The translations under genes were made by a program, and so were the position numbers. Shown here one piece after another: positions 59,349 through 64,000 of a stretch of DNA of 64,000 nt (its first letter is position 1; every line of letters starts with the position of its first letter). The notes below the pieces were generated by a model. That model did not search any database. It was not told the origin of the DNA and saw nothing but the letters and a program-made list of their open reading frames with translations. The stretch covers positions 8,870 to 72,869 of the forward strand of contig CAJXVM010000015.1 in the NCBI GenBank assembly GCA_913061095.1. Reading direction: 5' to 3'. Source of the DNA: an uncultured Ignavibacteria bacterium (GTDB lineage Bacteria; Bacteroidota; Ignavibacteria; SZUA-365).

Positions 59349-61934
59349 TTATTTCGAATGCGGCATGGCATACTTGACGACGACGGCCGTGGCGTCGTCG
59401 CGGCGCTCGGTGCTGCCCGAGAATTCCGACATCGCCTCGAACAGCGCCTGGAGGATATCCTGCGCGCTGCCCCCGGCGTGCCGCGCAAACCGCTCGATCA
59501 ATCCGTCGAGCTCGAAAAGCTCTCCCTTCTCATTCATCGCTTCGGTGAAGCCGTCGGACACGAGCACGAACACATCTCCCGCGCGCACGAAAATCGTTTC
59601 CTCTTCGAGCGACTCCGCGAACGCGTGCCGGTCGAGACCGATGCCCAGTCCCCGCGGCTGATGCAGCGTGACCTCGCGGCTCAGCGCGTTGTAGTGAATC
59701 AGCGGGAGGTGTCCGGCGCGCAGAAATCCGACTTCGTTTTTCAGCAGATCCACGCGCAGGGCGGCCATGGTGAGGTAGCTCTGTTTTTCGACGTGATCGA
59801 AGATCTGTGTGTTCAGACGCACGAACATCTCCCAGAGCGATGGCTGATACGACTCGATGGTTTTGATGATGCCCTGAATGCGCGCGAGATACATCGCCGC
59901 CGACGTGCCCTTGCCTGAGACATCGCCCAGGATGAAGGTCGTGGAATCGTGCCGCGGGAGGAATTCATAGAAATCCCCTCCGACCTCATGCGCGGGGAGC
60001 GAGTGTGCGGCGACGTCGATGCCGGGAAGGTCCGGGATTTCGGACGGCAGCGAGGCCAGCTGAATACGGCGCGCGATTTCCAGTTCCTTCCGCATGCGTT
60101 CTTTCTCGCGCGCGCTTTCGTAATATCCCATCGTGGTCAGCGCGTCGGAGATGTTGATGGCGAGATTTTCGAGCAGTTCAATGTCTTCGCGCGTATAGTT
60201 CGTTTCCGCCTGCTTCTCGCCGAGCAGGAGCAGGGCTTCGAGATTGCCGCTGCTGCGAACGGCGGTGAGGAATTCCACGTCCTGCTCCCTGAATCGTTCG
60301 CGCAGGGGAAGATTGTCTGCAGCCGCCGTCACACTTCGTTCGAAGGTCGGCGCGAGCACGCGGATATCCTCCTCTCCGAGCACCATCGCATCGGAGTGTG
60401 TCCTTGCGCGATTGTCGGCGAGTGGGAGGAAGCGGCCGTTGCTGCGGCTGAGAAACGACGCGCTCTTCACGTGCATGATCGCGACGACATCGCGCACGAC
60501 TTCCTCCGCAAGGCTCAACCGGTCGGTGTGACGGTGGGAAAGTTCGCTGAAGGATTTCAGCGCCTGCTTGTAATCGTAAGTGCCGCGGTAGAAGCGTTCG
60601 TCGAGCAGTGCGCGTACGCGGCGATGCAGCCACCAGAGGGAGGCCAGCAGTCCCGCCCCGATCAGGAAAAACAGCCGTCTCTCGAATTCATCCTGCCGCT
60701 TCTCGCCGAGCGCGCGCAGCTGCATGATCTCCACCTGCTCGGTAGTGATGTTGACGACGGGAAGATCAAGCTTTTTCGAGGGGAGCAGGATGAGGAGCAC
60801 GAAAAAGATGATCACGACCGCGGCCGCGAGCGCAATGCTGAAAATCGTGTACAGGGATCCGCGGCGGACCACGATGTACAGATCGAAGATGCGCTGGCGG
60901 ATGACAGTCAGAAACAGCAGACCGGGAATGGCCGTCCCGGCGAAAAACACCATCTGCCAGGCACCGTACGAGGATATCGCCGCCGTTCCGCCGATGAAAA
61001 CGATCCCGAGCACGATGGCCGCGATCGTCAGCCGGTTCCGCTCCCGCCACGCGACGCTTTCCGCGTTTTTCAGATTCCGTGCGATGATGATCTGCACCGC
61101 CGTAATGACGGCAAAGAAAATCAGATACAGCCAGAACGCCCACAGATGCTGTATGCCCGAGAAGAAGAGGATCATGCGCATCAGCAGATAGGTGCCGAGC
61201 GGTGCGACCCAGATGAGGATGATATATGGCTGCGGCACCGGCTTGACAAAACGCGGAACGGGGAAGTAGAGAAACAGATGCATGAATGCCGACAGCGTGA
61301 CCGCCCACAAGGGGACGTTCAGCAGCGTCATCGCGACGGTCAGGCCGTCCGGATAATGGGCGAAGGAGATGTCCTTTGTGAGCAGCAGTACGGCACCCGC
61401 GAGCAGATGCGCCCACCCGAAGAGCCGCGCCACGGGATACTGCGGCCGGTTGAGGAATACGTACGCGCCGCTGAGGAGAAACGCGAGTGCCGTGAGTGCG
61501 AGCGCGATATAGAACAGGGGGAAGCCGAAGTCCGCCGTCACGACGCTGCGTGTCATTTCCTCGCCGTCGCGGAGGATGGTGTACTCAAGTGTCTCACCGC
61601 CCGATCCCTGAACGAGATAGTCGTTTGCGTCGAACTTGTTCTCGACCGGATTCCCGTTGATCGCGACGATGACATCACCAACCCTGAGCCCGGCACGATC
61701 GGATACACCGCCCTCTGTCACGGCGATGATCGTGACCTTTCCGTCAATGTCATCATAGAGATTCTCGTCGGTCGTGACCGAAGCGAAACGGTAGTTCCAC
61801 ACGGCGCTTACCGTGAGCACAAGCAGCAGTGCCGCAAAGAAGATGATGCGGGCAAGCTGGGGACGGGCGTTATAGAGTTGGAAACCTGTCATGCCAGTGA
61901 TCGAATCTGCGGCAGTATTCGGTGCGGCGGACAA
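59349..61934 (-). CDS. Membrane PP2C/SpoIIE (RsbU-like) phosphatase with PDZ, multi-TM and GAF domains
   Basis: AGLRVGDVIVAING (PDZ), ELEIARRIQ, VGGDFY, GDVSGKG, AGH, SDG and DDAT motifs. Alternative ATG at 61892. Confidence 0.92.
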   Translation of the reverse strand: MSAAPNTAADSITGMTGFQLYNARPQLARIIFFAALLLVLTVSAVWNYRFASVTTDENLYDDIDGKVTIIAVTEGGVSDRAGLRVGDVIVAINGNPVENKFDANDYLVQGSGGETLEYTILRDGEEMTRSVVTADFGFPLFYIALALTALAFLLSGAYVFLNRPQYPVARLFGWAHLLAGAVLLLTKDISFAHYPDGLTVAMTLLNVPLWAVTLSAFMHLFLYFPVPRFVKPVPQPYIILIWVAPLGTYLLMRMILFFSGIQHLWAFWLYLIFFAVITAVQIIIARNLKNAESVAWRERNRLTIAAIVLGIVFIGGTAAISSYGAWQMVFFAGTAIPGLLFLTVIRQRIFDLYIVVRRGSLYTIFSIALAAAVVIIFFVLLILLPSKKLDLPVVNITTEQVEIMQLRALGEKRQDEFERRLFFLIGAGLLASLWWLHRRVRALLDERFYRGTYDYKQALKSFSELSHRHTDRLSLAEEVVRDVVAIMHVKSASFLSRSNGRFLPLADNRARTHSDAMVLGEEDIRVLAPTFERSVTAAADNLPLRERFREQDVEFLTAVRSSGNLEALLLLGEKQAETNYTREDIELLENLAINISDALTTMGYYESAREKERMRKELEIARRIQLASLPSEIPDLPGIDVAAHSLPAHEVGGDFYEFLPRHDSTTFILGDVSGKGTSAAMYLARIQGIIKTIESYQPSLWEMFVRLNTQIFDHVEKQSYLTMAALRVDLLKNEVGFLRAGHLPLIHYNALSREVTLHQPRGLGIGLDRHAFAESLEEETIFVRAGDVFVLVSDGFTEAMNEKGELFELDGLIERFARHAGGSAQDILQALFEAMSEFSGSTERRDDATAVVVKYAMPHSK

Positions 61935-61952
61935 TTTGTTGCATTGCCGGGA

Positions 61953-62945
61953 TCAGTACTGCTGCCGCAGGTGGCGGATGTATTCGTCCTCCATGCGGTG
62001 GAGTGCATCGATGGCATGATGATAACGACGGCGGTCACGCAATTCAAGCGCACGCTCGAATGCCTTTTTCGCTTCGCGGAAATCATGCTGGTACTGCAAG
62101 GTAAGCCCGAGATCATACCAGAGAATGTCCGACTCCGTGCCGGCGTCCTCCCCGTCAGGATGTTCCCTGTCGAGCAGTTCACGGATGACGTCGGTGGCCT
62201 GCGGCCACTGTCCCTGTTCCGCAAGCGCGACAACTCGCTCGAGTTCCGGCCACCGGTCATCGACGAGAAAGGTAACGACCTGGCGGTCCTCGTGTGGTTG
62301 AATCGCTTCAGCGAGTATCGATGCGAAACGCTGCGCCAGATCCCGCGCCGGGATGCTTGGGTCGAGTGCGGGCGGCTCTTCGTTGACCGCGCGCGATTCG
62401 TGCGTGCTCCGGAGCCGCAGCGTGTCCGCGAACGTCACCTCCCTGCGCTCGACGTCGATCAGCAGGATGCGGAACGTGCTGCTCGCCTTTCCTTCGCGTA
62501 CATACTTCGTTCCCCCTGGATCGCGGTTGCTGATGATCTCCGCCTGAAGCACGTCTTCATGGTATGTGCTTTCCATCACGGTGCATGAGAGAATGCAGCG
62601 CGCATCCACCCCGCGTGCGGCGTCTTCTGCCACCGACAGCGCGAGCGTCCCCCGCGGTGTGATAAGCGCGGCCGCGGGGTCGGCCGCGGCGGGAACGAAG
62701 GCTGCGTTTCCCTGCCCCGCGAGCATGGGCAGGAGCATTGCGTCGAGCTCGTCGCGCACGAGCAGACTCAGCGGATCGGTCCCACGCAGGATGTCGACGG
62801 GGAGCAGTGCGACGCGACCACAGCTGTGGATGTCGACGGAGGCCGGCCGCGTCACGGGGACGACAATCGTGCGTGTTCCGCAGGATGCCGTCAGCATCGC
62901 GGAGATGAACAGAAGGATAATTCTATGGAGGCCGAACGGCACCAT
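61953..62945 (-). CDS. Hypothetical lipoprotein with a C-terminal TPR
   Basis: Lipobox TAS-C, RPA..D...VALLP alpha/beta domain (CsgG-like pattern), and WYDLG...EAKKAFERALEL TPR. Confidence 0.72.
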   Translation of the reverse strand: MVPFGLHRIILLFISAMLTASCGTRTIVVPVTRPASVDIHSCGRVALLPVDILRGTDPLSLLVRDELDAMLLPMLAGQGNAAFVPAAADPAAALITPRGTLALSVAEDAARGVDARCILSCTVMESTYHEDVLQAEIISNRDPGGTKYVREGKASSTFRILLIDVERREVTFADTLRLRSTHESRAVNEEPPALDPSIPARDLAQRFASILAEAIQPHEDRQVVTFLVDDRWPELERVVALAEQGQWPQATDVIRELLDREHPDGEDAGTESDILWYDLGLTLQYQHDFREAKKAFERALELRDRRRYHHAIDALHRMEDEYIRHLRQQY

Positions 62946-62955
62946 CGCGGATATC

Positions 62956-63402
62956 TCAGCGATCTGTCGCGAGAAATGCGGCGTACAGAATCACTGCGGC
63001 GAGCCCAATCACGAGAATGACACCCAGCAGTGTGAGCATGAACTGTCCCATCGTGGATGATCGCCCCGCGGGGGATGCGGAAGCCGTCTCCCAGTACGAC
63101 AGCGTTGTGTCAGCGGTGAAATGTCCGCCGCCTGCGGGGTACACGTCGGCGGTTCCGCGGATGCCGGAGAACGTCAGCCGCCACGCATCGCGATGGAACA
63201 GGAGTGTGCTGTTATCGTCCGTCGTGACATGGAGTCCGGGAATACCGTCCTGCGCCGCCATCCGATCGTTCTGCGCGGCGGGCGGCATCACCATCGGTTG
63301 TCCGGGGGATGACGGCTGAGCGGGCGCATGCGCCATGTACAGCTGCGGGGCGCAGCCGGAAAGCGCGGTGATCAGAACGAGGAGCAGAATGATGTGCCGC
63401 AT
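62956..63402 (-). CDS. Hypothetical lipoprotein with a C-terminal TM helix
   Basis: MRHIILLLVLITALSG-C lipobox and hydrophobic C-terminus. Confidence 0.65.
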   Translation of the reverse strand: MRHIILLLVLITALSGCAPQLYMAHAPAQPSSPGQPMVMPPAAQNDRMAAQDGIPGLHVTTDDNSTLLFHRDAWRLTFSGIRGTADVYPAGGGHFTADTTLSYWETASASPAGRSSTMGQFMLTLLGVILVIGLAAVILYAAFLATDR

Positions 63403-63461
63403 ACATGCATGTCGATGGTGAGAAGGTTGCCTGTGAAACAAAGTAGAAAATAGCCCTGTGG

Positions 63462-63494
63462 AAAAAAAGAAGGCAGTCAAATTCGACTGCCTTC
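63462..63494 (-). terminator. Intrinsic terminator
   Basis: GAAGGCAGTC-AAATTC-GACTGCCTTC stem with an A7 tract on its left (U tract on the minus strand). Confidence 0.85.
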
Positions 63495-63520
63495 AATCCT
63501 ATTCTGCAAAGGGTAAACGA

Positions 63521-64000
63521 TCAGCGCGTATACAGCATGCGTCGTGAAATCGTCTGCCTGTTCGTTGTCAGTTTGTACAGGTACACACCCGGCGGCACGC
63601 TGCGTCCGGCATTGTCGTGGCCGTCCCAGATGGCCGTGGACTTCCCGGCGGAACGCATTTCGCTGACCAGCGTGCGGACTTCCCTGCCCAGGAGGTTGTA
63701 CACCTTGAGCGTCACCGGCGAAGCGGACGGCAGGAAATAACTGATTTTCGTGGTCCCGCTGTTGCCTGCGGAAAAGGGATTCGGGTAATTCTGTTCAAGG
63801 GATATCGATCCGGCCGCGGGCGCCGAGCTGCGGGACGTCGTGCCCGCCGTGGCACAGAAGGTCAGCACCTGCTTCTCGCTGGTGTTGTCGAGATTGGTCA
63901 CGGTGACTTCGACACATCCCTTGCCCGGGTTTTCGTCGGTCATGAATGTGATGTCGAGCTCTTCGGAGCCGTTGGCTTCCAACTCGCCATCCACTTCCTG
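63521..64000 (-). CDS. Secreted protein with a T9SS type A / FlgD-Ig C-terminal domain (5' part outside the window)
   Basis: LEQNYPNPF...KVYNLLGREVRTL...WDG...GVYLY pattern. Confidence 0.88.
   Translation of the reverse strand, partial: QEVDGELEANGSEELDITFMTDENPGKGCVEVTVTNLDNTSEKQVLTFCATAGTTSRSSAPAAGSISLEQNYPNPFSAGNSGTTKISYFLPSASPVTLKVYNLLGREVRTLVSEMRSAGKSTAIWDGHDNAGRSVPPGVYLYKLTTNRQTISRRMLYTR

Noticed and set aside
59949-62588. 879-aa plus-strand ORF
   Set aside because: It is an antisense shadow of the PP2C and lipoprotein genes in GC-rich DNA, with no recognisable motifs.

Overview
This is a gene-dense, GC-rich bacterial chromosomal segment with about 50 CDS. It has no rRNA, tRNA, CRISPR array, integrase or transposase that I can support. 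Two proteins with PNP-type T9SS/FlgD-like C-terminal sorting domains, TAnnTT-type -10 elements, a Reg_prop/Y_Y_Y propeller and the GapN type suggest an FCB-group host (Bacteroidota/Ignavibacteria-like); this is an inference. Contents include: signalling proteins (two REC-PAS histidine kinases, an output-less PAS/GAF protein, two lone receivers, a PDZ-TM-GAF-PP2C phosphatase); a D-amino-acid enzyme/dipeptidase pair followed by a class D beta-lactamase half-gene; housekeeping and transport genes (alr, trmO, ftcd, abgT, mscS, gpx, gapN); a divergent hsp20 / dnaJ-clpB chaperone locus; copZ-copA; a P2A ATPase; and a larB-larE-homocysteine S-methyltransferase-TSP3 operon. Most notable: (1) The chaperone locus has back-to-back sigma54 (-24/-12) promoters flanking five helically phased TGnCA-N3-TGnCA boxes, and its J-protein lacks one C-terminal subdomain. 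(2) The nickel-pincer genes larB/larE lack larA/larC locally and are coupled to a Zn thiol methyltransferase. (3) A dispersed 27-bp hairpin family shows compensatory base changes. (4) An SD-sequestering leader with a Cys-rich uORF precedes a sensor that has no output domain. All product calls come from motif recognition by eye, not from database searches.
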